57,405 nt of DNA from Polyangiales bacterium (GCA_045106895.1 JBGCFM010000105.1:1-57405), one strand, 5' to 3'. Shown: positions 37,988 through 48,546, counted from the first letter of the stretch. Program-made: numbers and translations. Notes: generated from the letters alone by a model not told the origin.

Positions 37988-38659
37988 ATGGCGGCTTCAG
38001 TGGTGATGATCGGGGCGACGGGGGCGGTCGGGGGGGAAGTGTGCGCTGCGTTGCGGGAGAGCTCAGAGCTGGAGCGCCTCACTCTCCTCGGAAGACGCGA
38101 GGCCGATGGCCTCGACGACGAACGCATCGCGCAATCGGTCGTCGATCTCGCGCGCCCCGAAAGCTACGGGCACAAGCTCGCGGGTCACGATGTGGCCATC
38201 TGCACGCTCGGTGTGGGCGAGCCCTCGAAGATGAAGAAGGCGGACTTCAAACGCATCGACCACGACATGGTGCTTACCTTCGCGAAGGCCTGCGCGTCGG
38301 CCGGCGTGCCTCACTTTCAGCTGCTCTCTTCCATCGGCGTGAGCGCGAGCTCGTCGTCCTTCTACCTTCGAACGAAGGGTGAACTTGAACAGGGCCTCCG
38401 TGCACTCCGCTTCAAACGTCTCAGTCTCTTTCACCCATCGATGATTCTGACGCCGACCAATCGCTACGGCATCAGCCAGGCCATCACGCTTCGTGTCTGG
38501 CCTTGGCTGACGCCGGTGTTGCAGTGGGGTCTTCGTCCTTTCCGCGGTGTGCGCGTGGCGGATTTGGGCCGCAGCATCGCCCTCAACTCGTTTCGACACG
38601 ACGACGAGGCCGTCGAAGTCCTGGAATGGGACGACTTTCAGGCGCTCTCCGCGTCCTGA
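37988..38659 (+). CDS. NAD(P)-binding oxidoreductase (TIP30/YraR-like)
   Basis: GATGAVG, ICTLG, FYLRTKGELE. Confidence 0.85.
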   Translation: MAASVVMIGATGAVGGEVCAALRESSELERLTLLGRREADGLDDERIAQSVVDLARPESYGHKLAGHDVAICTLGVGEPSKMKKADFKRIDHDMVLTFAKACASAGVPHFQLLSSIGVSASSSSFYLRTKGELEQGLRALRFKRLSLFHPSMILTPTNRYGISQAITLRVWPWLTPVLQWGLRPFRGVRVADLGRSIALNSFRHDDEAVEVLEWDDFQALSAS

Positions 38660-38738
38660 CTTAGCCGCGACGCGATGAGGTTCGTTTGTGCCCATGCCCA
38701 TCCTGGACGCGCCTTGGTGGTCGCCTTAGCCTCCGTGC

Positions 38739-39269
38739 ATGAACGAAATCGCATCGGGCAGCGGGACCGCCATCGTGACAGACGGAGAGCGCCTCCTCGT
38801 CGTGCACAGAGGCGGCCCTGGTCTTTCGGTCGCCCTGTTCGTGGTGGGCTTGTTGACGTTCATCGCCGCTTTCAACGGTGCCGCTCAGATGGTCATGGCT
38901 TTTTCGGGAAGCGGCGTAGGGTTCACCGGCGCGGCGATTCTCTGCGCGATCGGTGGCGTCTGTGGCGCGGTCCTCGTGGCCCTTCTACGCAAGCGCAAGC
39001 ACCGCGCGGGCGTTCCCCTCGATCAGTTGCCTATCATCTGCGTGGTGGACTTCACCCAAGGTGGCCTCCTCGACGCCCACGGCGCTTTGTTGGCGCCCTT
39101 GCCTGAGGTGAGAATGAGACGCCAGTTTCAGATGGCATCGAGCTCGCCCGCGTTGGTGCTCGCATACGCTGGCCGCTCCCTTCTGCTCGCTAAGGGTAGC
39201 CCGTTCGCAGGCGGCATCGGCAATCTGGAGCGCGCTCTTGAGGCGCATGGCGTTTTGCGAACGGCGTGA
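38739..39269 (+). CDS. Hypothetical membrane protein
   Basis: Two TM helices in a 176-aa ORF. Confidence 0.7.
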   Translation: MNEIASGSGTAIVTDGERLLVVHRGGPGLSVALFVVGLLTFIAAFNGAAQMVMAFSGSGVGFTGAAILCAIGGVCGAVLVALLRKRKHRAGVPLDQLPIICVVDFTQGGLLDAHGALLAPLPEVRMRRQFQMASSSPALVLAYAGRSLLLAKGSPFAGGIGNLERALEAHGVLRTA

Positions 39270-39295
39270 CGGCAGCGCTCCGCCACGGACGCAGG

Positions 39296-39928
39296 TCAGA
39301 TGCGGCGGCGGATCGAGAGGAAGCCCGTTACAGCTTTGCCGCCGAGGACGATGATGGCGGCCCAAAGGACCCACTCGAGGGACCCGGCCCAGAGGTAGCT
39401 CTCCACGGCGATCCACGAGTAGACCAAGAAGCGTGGACGGAAGAGCCAGGAGTAAGGCGCGTCCAGCGCGTTGCGGACCATCGCGAAGCCGACGACGAGG
39501 GCGTAGAGAAAGACGTAGAGACCTGCAGCCCACGCGGAGATGTGAAGGGAGTCGATGAGCGCCAGGGTGGTGGCCGTCACGACGAGCTGGTCGGCCATCG
39601 TGTCGGTGAAGGAGCCGCGGTTGGATGCGCGGCCAGTGAAGCGCGCGAGGGGACCATCCAGGCCGTCGAGGAAAACGTGAAGGGCGAGCATGCCCATGGC
39701 CCACGCGCTTTCGCCGAGGATGAACAGCGGAACGAAGGCGAGGCCGGCGAGGAGGGAAGCGAAGGTGACGTGGTTTGCCCGAAGACCGACCTCGGCGAAC
39801 CAGCGAAGCGCGGGCTGTAGAACGCGTCCCCGAAGCTCTTGATTCCAGCGCATGAAGGCGCCTTCATCGTCCGAGTAGCAGTTCACGTTGCCAAACGTGT
39901 GGGGGGCGATTCCATCTCCGTCAGACAT
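39296..39928 (-). CDS. CDP-alcohol phosphatidyltransferase
   Basis: DGLDGPLAR...GSFTDTMAD signature. Confidence 0.9.
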   Translation of the reverse strand: MSDGDGIAPHTFGNVNCYSDDEGAFMRWNQELRGRVLQPALRWFAEVGLRANHVTFASLLAGLAFVPLFILGESAWAMGMLALHVFLDGLDGPLARFTGRASNRGSFTDTMADQLVVTATTLALIDSLHISAWAAGLYVFLYALVVGFAMVRNALDAPYSWLFRPRFLVYSWIAVESYLWAGSLEWVLWAAIIVLGGKAVTGFLSIRRRI

Positions 39929-39988
39929 AAAGGCCAAGGTAGGCACGGGGCGCGTGACACGCCACGACGCGGGCGCCCTCACACAAAA

Positions 39989-41839
39989 CTATGACGGAGC
40001 GAGTGGCGCATGCGTCCGTCGCCCACGTGACTCAGACCACTGAAAGCCCGCGGCGACAAAGAGCGCCGCGGAGGAGAATACGCCGAAAACTGTGACGCTC
40101 TGTTCAGGCCAGACGTCGCAACCCACGTACGCAAGGGCGAAGCAGACCGCCATCGAGCGAAGCCATTTCGCCCAAGCGAGCGACCCAACGGCCAGCCCTA
40201 CGGTCAGCATGAGGCTGTCTTGCCGGAGCTGCTGGGTTGTCGAGATCTCAAAGAAGAGGCTGTAGGCGCGGCTGACGCACGTGGCGCCAATCAAGATGAA
40301 CACCAAGCCCACGGCTCTGCGAGAGTAGACCGTGCGGGCGATTTTCTCGCGCGTCGCGACGGTGAAGGCGGCCGCACACGCCAGGAAGAGGAGAGGAAAA
40401 AGCAGCAGCTCGACGCGGGTGGTCTGATGTTCTGTGTAGAGGGCGTAGAGCGTCGTTACGAGGCCGCACATTCCGAGAGCGGACAACGCGAAGGCGCGGT
40501 GTTTTGCACCTCGACGCGGGTCCCGGTCTTGGGCTTGGCGCTCAAGTTCGGCCAATCGAAGTCGCCGTTTTGCGAGGAGAGACTCGAGCCAGTCTCGGTC
40601 CGCGCGCGCCGCCTCGTTGCCTCTCCAGCCGGTGGCGAAGGCTTGCTCGAAGGCGAAACTCGCCTGGGCGATGAGACGCTCCAGCTCTTCCCGAGGTTCG
40701 TCATCACTCTCTTCGTCGGTACGCCGCGGCTCTTCGACGAGCGCGCGGATGCGCTCGGTGCGGTCCTGGGCCTCTCCTGCTAGCTCCGCAGCGGAACGAA
40801 ACTCAAGGATCTTCGTCACCTCGTCGCGGAGCGCCTCGGCGGATTGGGGGCGCTCGTCTGGGTCCTTGTGACAGGCGCGGTTGATGAGATCGGCGAGCTC
40901 CGCGGGCACGGAGTCTTCGTAGACTACGGGGTTCGACTCCGCGGCGAGGAGCACGGAGCGCGCTACGTTTCGTGCCGCGTGTCGCATGTGCCCGGCGAGA
41001 ATGTCGTGAAGCGTCGCGCCGAGGAGATAGACGTCTGTACGTTCATCGACAACGTGACCTCCGACCATCTCCGGGGCGAGGTAGCCGGGCGTGCCACACA
41101 GCTCTTCTTGGTGTGCGCCGATGCGTTCGGCGAGACCCCAGTCCGCCAGGTACACGTCGCCGAACCTTCCGATGAGGACGTTCTCCAGCTTGATGTCGCG
41201 GTGCAGGTAGCCGCGCGAGTGAGCGAAGTGCACCGCGTTGCAGATCGCGATGAAGATCTGGAGGTGCCCGGGAATCCGGTCTTCTTCGTCGCCGGGCCAC
41301 CCCGCCCACGCTTCGTGCGCGGGGTTTCTGGCGAGCCGCTCCCACTCCACGCCTTCGATGCGCTTCATGACCATCGCCGGCCGTCCTTGTTTGTCCAGAC
41401 CCAGTGCATGAACCGGGACGATGGCGGGGTGCTCAAGCTGACCGGTGATGCGGCCTTCGGCGACGAGGGCGACACTCGTTTCAGAGCCTGTCCCGTCGCG
41501 CGGGACCTTCACGGCGACATCACGGGAAAGCGAGTGCTGCCTCGCGACGAAGACTTGACCCATGCCGCCGACGCCGATGATGTCGCCGAGCTCGAGATCC
41601 GTCGCTGCCTCAAGCGCCGCGTCCGACTCGCCCGACTCGCCCGACCCGCCCGACTCGCCCGAGGCTTTTGGGCTGGGAGCCGCGCTCACGCTCAGACTGG
41701 GCAGCGCCGCCGCCGGCGCGCCTTGGCTGGACATGTGGGGGCCCGCCAATGTCGCGTCCATCGCCCATGCAGCGTTCATCGCGACGGAGGGGCGGATGGT
41801 CCTGGCGTACTCGTCGGTGGGTTCCGAAGTGTCGGTCAC
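39989..41839 (-). CDS. Ser/Thr protein kinase with C-terminal multi-TM region
   Basis: GVGGMGQV, HRDIKLEN, DWG, GTPGYLAPE; about 6 C-terminal TMs. Start uncertain. Confidence 0.88.
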   Translation of the reverse strand: MTDTSEPTDEYARTIRPSVAMNAAWAMDATLAGPHMSSQGAPAAALPSLSVSAAPSPKASGESGGSGESGESDAALEAATDLELGDIIGVGGMGQVFVARQHSLSRDVAVKVPRDGTGSETSVALVAEGRITGQLEHPAIVPVHALGLDKQGRPAMVMKRIEGVEWERLARNPAHEAWAGWPGDEEDRIPGHLQIFIAICNAVHFAHSRGYLHRDIKLENVLIGRFGDVYLADWGLAERIGAHQEELCGTPGYLAPEMVGGHVVDERTDVYLLGATLHDILAGHMRHAARNVARSVLLAAESNPVVYEDSVPAELADLINRACHKDPDERPQSAEALRDEVTKILEFRSAAELAGEAQDRTERIRALVEEPRRTDEESDDEPREELERLIAQASFAFEQAFATGWRGNEAARADRDWLESLLAKRRLRLAELERQAQDRDPRRGAKHRAFALSALGMCGLVTTLYALYTEHQTTRVELLLFPLLFLACAAAFTVATREKIARTVYSRRAVGLVFILIGATCVSRAYSLFFEISTTQQLRQDSLMLTVGLAVGSLAWAKWLRSMAVCFALAYVGCDVWPEQSVTVFGVFSSAALFVAAGFQWSESRGRRTHAPLAPS

Positions 41840-41892
41840 GGCGAGGAGAGTACCCCGCGCCTCGACCGATTGAACAGCGCGACGCGCCAGCT

Positions 41893-43251
41893 TCAGCGGG
41901 CGCGGGAGAGGCGTGCGTTCCCGCCGGGGATCGGCCACGGGGTAGACGCGAGTCCCGCGGACCCCGTCGTGATGGCGTAGAGCGTCCCGCCAGCGTTGCG
42001 AACGTAGAGGTCCCCATTCGGCGAGAGGTTGAGCGCACCTTGGTTGACGTTTCCCAGGCCATCGAGGCGCCAGAGCTCGCCGCCGTCCTCTTCGTCGAGG
42101 GCGACGACGGCGCTCCCCATCGCGAGATAGACGATGCCGCCGGCGCCGACGAGATGGGTCGCAACGTTCGTGGACACGGGCCTGCCAGGTCTCTCATCGG
42201 AGGACGGCATGAACGGCACCTCCCACCGCACGACGCCTTCGGGGGTGTAGGAGACCAAGGCGCCGGGCACGATGGAGGCGCGCCGGTACACGATGATGTC
42301 CCCGCGCTCCGTGATCACCGGGGGACCCAGGAGCAAGTCGTTCTGGTTACTCGTGCGTAGGAACGGCACCCGTATCACACGTTCGCCGGTCTCGAGATCG
42401 ACGCCCACGAGGTCGTAGGTGAAGATGCCCCACTCAATCGTCCACAGGCGTCGCCCGTCTGTGGCGGGCGGGACTATGTGGCGAAGCGTTCCGTCGACGA
42501 TGCGGGGGCTTGTCGTTTGCTCCCATCGAATCGAGAGTGGGCTCTCATCGATGGCGATTTGGTAGCAGGCGATGCCTTGGCCGAGGATGACGCACTCGTC
42601 CTTCCAGACGAAAGGGGAACTCGGCAGCGAAAGCTCCTCGCGTCGTCCGCCAACGTTTCGCACGAGCCACCAATCGTCGCTGGCAAAGGACGCTGAAAAG
42701 ATCGGCCCTGTTCCATCGGCGAGGCCCACGAAGGTGCCACGGCGTTGGTCCATGGGCGGCAGCCCCTGGAGCGGCTCCCCGTCGTGGGAGAAGTGCCATT
42801 CCCCGCGAACGCTGTCCGCCGCCCACCAAACATCGCCCGAGTCACTGACGGACACGTCGACTTCCGCCGGGCGTCCATCGCCGCGGAGAGGCTGAATCCA
42901 TCGCTCTTCCAAGCACGGGTCAAGACCCAAAGCGAACCACGCGGCGCCTTCCTGGCGGGCCGTGAAGAGCATCCCATCGCGGCCAACGGCGACGCGGGAG
43001 TCGATGTCCGAGACCTGCGCGCGAATCTGTCCAATGGTGCCGGACCCGCCGCACTCCGGGGGGCTCACATCAGGGCGCGCGTCGGGGCGAAGGAACACGT
43101 CGGCTCGACCCGCGTCGTCGCCGAGTCGTGCGTCGGGGACGCTGGATGCGTCCCTCTCCCAGGGGTCGAGGCCTGTACTTGAACCACACGCGCTTATGAG
43201 GAGGGTGAGAAGCAGAGCACAGAGCGAGCGGAAGAGGGGGCCATCCGACAT
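41893..43251 (-). CDS. PQQ-like beta-propeller lipoprotein
   Basis: Lipobox LISAC; Trp-docking repeats (DGGELWR, GVVRWE). Confidence 0.75.
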   Translation of the reverse strand: MSDGPLFRSLCALLLTLLISACGSSTGLDPWERDASSVPDARLGDDAGRADVFLRPDARPDVSPPECGGSGTIGQIRAQVSDIDSRVAVGRDGMLFTARQEGAAWFALGLDPCLEERWIQPLRGDGRPAEVDVSVSDSGDVWWAADSVRGEWHFSHDGEPLQGLPPMDQRRGTFVGLADGTGPIFSASFASDDWWLVRNVGGRREELSLPSSPFVWKDECVILGQGIACYQIAIDESPLSIRWEQTTSPRIVDGTLRHIVPPATDGRRLWTIEWGIFTYDLVGVDLETGERVIRVPFLRTSNQNDLLLGPPVITERGDIIVYRRASIVPGALVSYTPEGVVRWEVPFMPSSDERPGRPVSTNVATHLVGAGGIVYLAMGSAVVALDEEDGGELWRLDGLGNVNQGALNLSPNGDLYVRNAGGTLYAITTGSAGLASTPWPIPGGNARLSRAR

Positions 43252-43287
43252 GCCGCAAAGTTAGACGATAGGGTCGCGCGGGGCTCT

Positions 43288-43914
43288 TCAATTCAACGAT
43301 GAGCGGACACGGCGCTCGGCGGAGAAGCCAGCGTAGACCACGAAGAGTAGTCCGCCGAAGAGCAGGGTGACGCCCCAGGCCCGAATGTGCAGGACGGGGT
43401 GCAAGAGCGGCTGGATCGCCGCCTCCGCCAACGCGAGCGGCTCCGTCAGAGCATCCCAGCTGTTGACCCGGAGGAAGCGGCCGAGCCAGATCCCGAAGCC
43501 GCTTAGGAGCGCAACGGTGGCCGCAAACGACCACCCGGCGACCTCACCTTGCCACTCCCGAACACGTTCGTGCATCTGCCGAAGGGAGAGACAAGCCGCG
43601 AGAAGGCCAGCGCACGCGAAGGTGCTGATGAGGCCGACGTCGAACCAGAGGGGAACGCCCGGCCGCGGCGTGAGATGCAGCAGGTCGGTAATCAGGTAAG
43701 GAGCGTTTGGGAAAAAGAGGATCCAGGCGACGGAGCGGAGCGATTCGGAGACGCGAGACCGACAAGGGAGGGCGGCCAGGGCGACGGGGATGAGAGCCAG
43801 AAAGAGGTTCCAAACGAGGAAAAAGAAGCGGGCCTGCCCGGACCACCACCAGCGGGTCAAGAGTAAGGAAACGGCGAAGAAGCATGCGGGGACCAACGCG
43901 CGTACGGACGACAT
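43288..43914 (-). CDS. DUF1361 membrane protein
   Basis: WNLFLALIP, FFPNAPYLITDLLHL, GIWLGRFLRVNSWD. Confidence 0.9.
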   Translation of the reverse strand: MSSVRALVPACFFAVSLLLTRWWWSGQARFFFLVWNLFLALIPVALAALPCRSRVSESLRSVAWILFFPNAPYLITDLLHLTPRPGVPLWFDVGLISTFACAGLLAACLSLRQMHERVREWQGEVAGWSFAATVALLSGFGIWLGRFLRVNSWDALTEPLALAEAAIQPLLHPVLHIRAWGVTLLFGGLLFVVYAGFSAERRVRSSLN

Positions 43915-44137
43915 CGCCGCTGCAACGGAGCTGTGCCGCCCACGATTCCCGAGGACGGGGAATAGGCTGTTTCGCCTACGAGCTCGCGCCTAGGGAACTC
44001 GGTCACTGAGCTCCATGCGGATGCCGCTGGGTCGCTCCCGACAACGCCAAGGGAGTCAGGGACCTTCGTGTTGCCACGAAAACGCAACCCGAGCGTCTGG
44101 AGTTCGCCCGACAAGGACGTGCGTGTATCTTGTAGCG

Positions 44138-44629
44138 ATGGAAAGACTCTCGCTGGTCCACTGCGCATTGTGTGTCCTCTTCGCAGCCTGCGGTGGTACC
44201 CAAGATTCCGAAGAGACCACGCAGGAGCAGAGCATGAACGCGCCCGTCGAAACGGAGCCTGAAGTCCGGCCCGAAGCGGAGTCTGAGCCGGAGGAAGCGG
44301 CAGACCCACACTCCTTGCCGACGACCATCGACGGGCTCGTCGAGCGCTTCGACGGGAGCTTCGGACTCTGGCTGAACGGACTCACGCCGACGGTCGCTGT
44401 GCCGGAAACGGCGAGCGCTCGCGCCGTGCTGGAGGAGATGTTCACGCTGGTCTCCTTCGACCAGGGACGCGTGACGGAGTTTGAGGTCGTCGAAGAGCGC
44501 GCCGTTCAGATCGACGAGGACGAGTACACGGCGCTCCGTCTCACGACGAACCAAGGCCCAAAGATCGTGCTCATTCGATATCGGAGCGGCGAGTGGTGGA
44601 CGCGAGTCTACGCAGGGCAGGCGCCTTGA
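44138..44629 (+). CDS. Hypothetical lipoprotein
   Basis: Lipobox FAAC, acidic linker, globular C-terminus. Confidence 0.7.
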   Translation: MERLSLVHCALCVLFAACGGTQDSEETTQEQSMNAPVETEPEVRPEAESEPEEAADPHSLPTTIDGLVERFDGSFGLWLNGLTPTVAVPETASARAVLEEMFTLVSFDQGRVTEFEVVEERAVQIDEDEYTALRLTTNQGPKIVLIRYRSGEWWTRVYAGQAP

Positions 44630-44648
44630 GTGACGTCATGCTCCACGG

Positions 44649-45758
44649 CTAGATAGGCCCCACGGGGACGCAGGGCGACGACGCGGCGCCGACGACGCGA
44701 ATCGGCGCGACGTCGTCCAGGGATGTGAAGCCGCCACCATCCGACATGTCGAGGTCGTAGCGGATCACCCGGCTGACTCGGGTTCGTGGCGGCATCAGAC
44801 ATGCATCGCAGCGCGGCAGGCAATCCATCATCTCAGCGCTGAGCCCGCCGCCGCACTCGTCCGTGAAGCGCGTCGTTGCGAGGACACACTCGAGCTGTTC
44901 ATCGCATACGGCGTCGTCGCGGCAGGTGTCGAGAGCGTCCCCGCACTCGCGTGCCATGCAGCTCTCACACTCCACCGGTACCGACTCCGTGAAGATGTAG
45001 ATATCGCCACCGAAGAACGCGACGGCGGACGCGTTGGTCTTTCGCACCCCCTCGAGGGGCAGCGTTTGGAGAAGAAGCCCAGTGTCCTTATCGTACTCGA
45101 CCAACTTGACCGGGTCATCACCCGCGAAGGCGAAGAGGCGTCCATCGCCAGTCCCTGTTAGTTCTCCTCCATCAAAGTCGACGGGCGCGAGGACCGAGAG
45201 CTCGCCTGCGCTGTCGATTCGACCGAGGCGCCCAAGTCCGGGGCCTTCGGCGAAAGGGCCATCGCCGGAGTACGTCATCACGTAGAGGTCCGAGCAATAG
45301 TCAGTCGCTGATGCTGAAGCGAAGGACATTCCGAAGAGTCCGAAGTCTGGGTTCGTGCGAACGTAGGACGCGGCGTCGCAGGCGCCGGGCGAGAGAAGAT
45401 CGAGGACCACTACATCGAGGGAGTCGGCTAGGTTGATGAAGGCGCGTCCACGGGTGTCCACGGCCATCGAAAAAGGTGTCGCCCCACGGCAGACCGGTCC
45501 GACGACGAAGTCGAAGGCGCCGTTTGCAGGGTCGAAAGTCCAGACCTCGCCGCTATCCGAGAGGAGGTAGATGTTGTCCTGGTGAGGGCCCGGAAGACAC
45601 GCACAGGGGGCGGCTGCGTCAGCCGTCGGCGCGTCCGTTGCGGCGTCGGGCGCAGCGTCGAGGGGGTCGTTTCCGGCGTCGTTTCCGGCGTCACTAAGCG
45701 GCCGAGGAGACGACGAGCACGCGAAGAGCGCGCCTAATACGAAAGTCAGCGTGCGCAT
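44649..45758 (-). CDS. Myxobacterial beta-propeller lipoprotein with Cys-rich insert
   Basis: Lipobox LFAC; PFSMAVD, ELTGTGDGRLF, VVGAASSPCVP. Confidence 0.8.
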   Translation of the reverse strand: MRTLTFVLGALFACSSSPRPLSDAGNDAGNDPLDAAPDAATDAPTADAAAPCACLPGPHQDNIYLLSDSGEVWTFDPANGAFDFVVGPVCRGATPFSMAVDTRGRAFINLADSLDVVVLDLLSPGACDAASYVRTNPDFGLFGMSFASASATDYCSDLYVMTYSGDGPFAEGPGLGRLGRIDSAGELSVLAPVDFDGGELTGTGDGRLFAFAGDDPVKLVEYDKDTGLLLQTLPLEGVRKTNASAVAFFGGDIYIFTESVPVECESCMARECGDALDTCRDDAVCDEQLECVLATTRFTDECGGGLSAEMMDCLPRCDACLMPPRTRVSRVIRYDLDMSDGGGFTSLDDVAPIRVVGAASSPCVPVGPI

Positions 45759-45860
45759 CTCTGCAAAGTACCAGAGGGCCTGGCGAGCGTCACTGGCGGC
45801 CTGGGCTTCCAGTCAGAAACGGAGCTGCGGAGCCTTTCGTAGACCTGCTAGGGTGCAGGC

Positions 45861-46991
45861 ATGAAGTGTTCGCACTGCGGGAGCCCACTCCGTGTCGAAG
45901 CCGCGAAGGCCTTCGCCGAGTGTGAGTACTGCGGAAAGAGCACGCGGGTTCGGAGCGCGAAGACGCTGATGGCGGAACAGCCTCGCAAACCAGCGCCGGC
46001 GCCCACGCCTGCCCCCCAACGAGCCTCCAGCCGTCCAACAACCTCAAGGTCGCCGCGTCGCGGTGAGTCGTCGGGCCCGGTCACGGCGGGCGGTTGTGTG
46101 GTGATCGTCACCGTGATGATCGCCCTTGGCGCCGCCGTGTTGCCCTTGATGCTTACGAGTGGCTTTCGGTTTCCATCGCTCTCGGAGCTGCCGTTCTTTC
46201 AAGACAACCGGCCGCCAGCCCCGCTCTTTATTCTATTGGACTCTGAGTCACACCGGCTCGACGGAGTGGCCGACGGGAACGAAGAGGCGATGGGCATCGC
46301 CTCTTCGATGTGTGAGGGCTACCTTCAAACTGGGCCGGACCTGAGGATTCAGACCCCAAACCCGGGTGTTGTGCACCTGGACGTTGAGGGGGCAGGTGAC
46401 CTCACGCTCGCGGTTCATCTCTCCGACGGACGTTGGCTCTGTGACGATGACAGCGGCGCCGCGTTGCTGCCGCGTATCGTCGAGTCGTTCCCCGCCGGCG
46501 AGCACCAAATCTACGTGGGTCGTTTCTCCACGAGCGCACCCGAACCCTTCGTGCTCTTGGTGTCGGAGGACATGCCCCACTTGCCACGACCGGAGGCGAG
46601 TCTTGAGGACAAGCCGGAAGATACACCTCCGCGTCGGCGTCGCCGCCGTCGACGTCGAAGCACAGCGATGCCCGCGACGCCCATGTCGGACGAGCCGCCG
46701 GCAGAGATGGCACCGCCGCCGGTGGTCGGCGCTCTCCCGCTCACCCCGATGGCCGAGCCCACGCACGAGGGGGCGCACGAGGGGACGCGGGGGATGCTCT
46801 CGGTTCACACGACACCTTGGTCAACGGTCCGCATCGATGGCCGCATCGTTGGGAATACTCCGCGCACCAACCTCATCGTCACCGCGGGGACGGTGCAGGT
46901 GGAAGTTCAGCGCGAGGGACATGGCCCCTGGGAAACTCTTCGCGTCCAAGTGAGCCCAGGCGAGACGGCGACGCTCAACCACACGTTCTGA
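45861..46991 (+). CDS. Zn-ribbon + TM + PPC-like + PEGA domain protein
   Basis: CSHC...CEYC; TM helix; WLCDDDS...HQIYVG; TTPWSTVRIDG...GNTP. Confidence 0.75.
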   Translation: MKCSHCGSPLRVEAAKAFAECEYCGKSTRVRSAKTLMAEQPRKPAPAPTPAPQRASSRPTTSRSPRRGESSGPVTAGGCVVIVTVMIALGAAVLPLMLTSGFRFPSLSELPFFQDNRPPAPLFILLDSESHRLDGVADGNEEAMGIASSMCEGYLQTGPDLRIQTPNPGVVHLDVEGAGDLTLAVHLSDGRWLCDDDSGAALLPRIVESFPAGEHQIYVGRFSTSAPEPFVLLVSEDMPHLPRPEASLEDKPEDTPPRRRRRRRRRSTAMPATPMSDEPPAEMAPPPVVGALPLTPMAEPTHEGAHEGTRGMLSVHTTPWSTVRIDGRIVGNTPRTNLIVTAGTVQVEVQREGHGPWETLRVQVSPGETATLNHTF

Positions 46992-47041
46992 GTGTCCCCT
47001 TCGGAGTGCGATTCCCCGAGGCGCGGCCCGAGGTGTAGGAT

Positions 47042-47800
47042 GTGGCGATGGGTCGCTGGTGTTGTCTTTGTTTTCTCGGTTTTCTCTGGGTGATTCAGTC
47101 GGGCGCGGCGTTTGCCCAAGCCCCAGCAAGGGAAGAGCCCGGCGTGTCCGCAACGGACGCCGCCGCGCCCGCTGATGCGCCGGAACATCCAAGCGCCGAC
47201 GAAGCGCCGGCCGCAGACGTCGTGGAGGAGGGTCTCGACGAAGAGGTCGTCACTCCTCTTCCTCCAGAGGTCGCGGTGACTCCGGCCGTTCCGTCACCTG
47301 AGTCGCCTGAGTCGTCGGAGTCGCCACAGGAGCCTGAGTCGCCTGAGTCGCCTGAGTCGCCACAGGAGCCTCTGTCCACGGTCCTCGAGTTCTCCCTTCG
47401 CGCCGACCAAGCGGGGCGGCTTCGTTTCGAGAGCGAAGGTGCGGAGGCCCAAGAGTTCCCTGCTCCGGGTCGAGCCGCGCTCGAGCCTGCTGCCTACCGT
47501 GTCACGTGGACGCCGTCCGAGGGAGCGCCGGAGCTTCTCGACGCGGGCTGGCGGCCGAACGGCGAGCCGCTTCGGGTCGCGCACCGCGGACCTTCGTTCA
47601 TGAATTTGATGGGCTACTGGCTTCTTGGAAACGGCCTCCTCGTCGGTGTTCCGGTGAGTTTGGGTGTGTTCGCGAAGCGCGACGACCTCGGCGCCGCCGC
47701 GACCTTCTCGATCATCGGCGTGAACACCCTCGTCGCCATCGCCGGCGCCATCTTTATGGGCGTCGGGGACGACGAGGTCATCGAGCTCGAGCAGAACTGA
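47042..47800 (+). CDS. Hypothetical secreted/membrane protein with PES repeats
   Basis: Signal peptide, acidic Pro-rich linker, two C-terminal TMs. Confidence 0.65.
   Translation: MAMGRWCCLCFLGFLWVIQSGAAFAQAPAREEPGVSATDAAAPADAPEHPSADEAPAADVVEEGLDEEVVTPLPPEVAVTPAVPSPESPESSESPQEPESPESPESPQEPLSTVLEFSLRADQAGRLRFESEGAEAQEFPAPGRAALEPAAYRVTWTPSEGAPELLDAGWRPNGEPLRVAHRGPSFMNLMGYWLLGNGLLVGVPVSLGVFAKRDDLGAAATFSIIGVNTLVAIAGAIFMGVGDDEVIELEQN
47297..47368 (+). repeat. In-frame tandem repeat of 9-bp units forming a 36-bp unit x2
   Basis: CCTGAGTCG and CCACAGGAG units encoding PESPESSESPQEPESPESPESPQE. Confidence 0.85.
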
Positions 47801-47803
47801 GGC

Positions 47804-48208
47804 TTACGCGCTCCCGGAGAGCTGACGGAGCACTTCGAGGGCTTGCCCTGCTTGCGCGTTTGGCACGAAGATGTGGTCGTGGAGGGCGCCGGCGACGATG
47901 TTCGCGCTGAGCCCCTGCTCTGCAAGCGCCCCCGAAATCGCCGCGCTGAGCCCGCAGGCCTCGAGGCTCGAGTGTGCCCGCAGTGAGATGCGTCGAAAGA
48001 CGCCTTCGTAGGCCACGTTGAACTCATCGGCGCGGTCTTTGGGGACGATCAGCGTCAAACCCTCCCGCTCTTCGACACTGGCGACGGGCGACAGCTCTAC
48101 GTGGTCGCCGTAGCGAGCGCCGGGAAGCGATACAAATACGAATGCCTCCGCCGCGAGGTCAGGGGAGAGGGTACGCAGGAGCCTCTGCAGATCGTCGTCG
48201 CCGCTCAT
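47804..48208 (-). CDS. ACT domain protein (DUF2241-like)
   Basis: MSGDDDLQRLLRTLSP, EREGLTLI, ISLRAHSSLEACGL, HDHIFVP. Confidence 0.9.
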   Translation of the reverse strand: MSGDDDLQRLLRTLSPDLAAEAFVFVSLPGARYGDHVELSPVASVEEREGLTLIVPKDRADEFNVAYEGVFRRISLRAHSSLEACGLSAAISGALAEQGLSANIVAGALHDHIFVPNAQAGQALEVLRQLSGSA

Positions 48209-48221
48209 GCTTGTGCGTACC

Positions 48222-48546
48222 TCATGGCTCCCGCGCAACAAGCTCCGTGGTCAGCGACTGAATCTGTCCGTCCCGCGTCTCGAAGCGGTCGCGTCCGTCG
48301 ATGGCGCCCCCAAAGGCCTCGGCGTGGCAGGTCCATTCCGCGAGTATCGCATCCGCGCGAACGTCGATGCGGTGAACTTCCAGTCGGAAGTCAGGAGGAC
48401 GCTGGGCAACGCCGGCGCGCAACATGAGGGCGATGGCTGTTCGGCCTTTGTGCGTCGTCGGCCCGCCCGGCGCGAAGGGCTCCGTGTAACTGGGCCGGCG
48501 TGACCGGGCCCACGTGACGAAGTCGAATCTTCTCGGTGGCGTCCAT
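48222..48546 (-). pseudogene. SnoaL/NTF2-like protein with damaged N-terminus
   Basis: YTEPF..P.THKGRTAI...AEWTC...GRDRFETRDGQI.SLTT. The plausible ATG at 48546 is out of frame. Confidence 0.55.

Noticed and set aside
41623..41662. 9-bp tandem repeat in the kinase N-terminus
   Set aside because: Encodes an ordinary low-complexity SGE linker.
43918..43940. Sigma54-like motif upstream of DUF1361 (GGCAC...TTGCA on the minus strand)
   Set aside because: GG-to-GC spacing is 12 nt, not the required 10.
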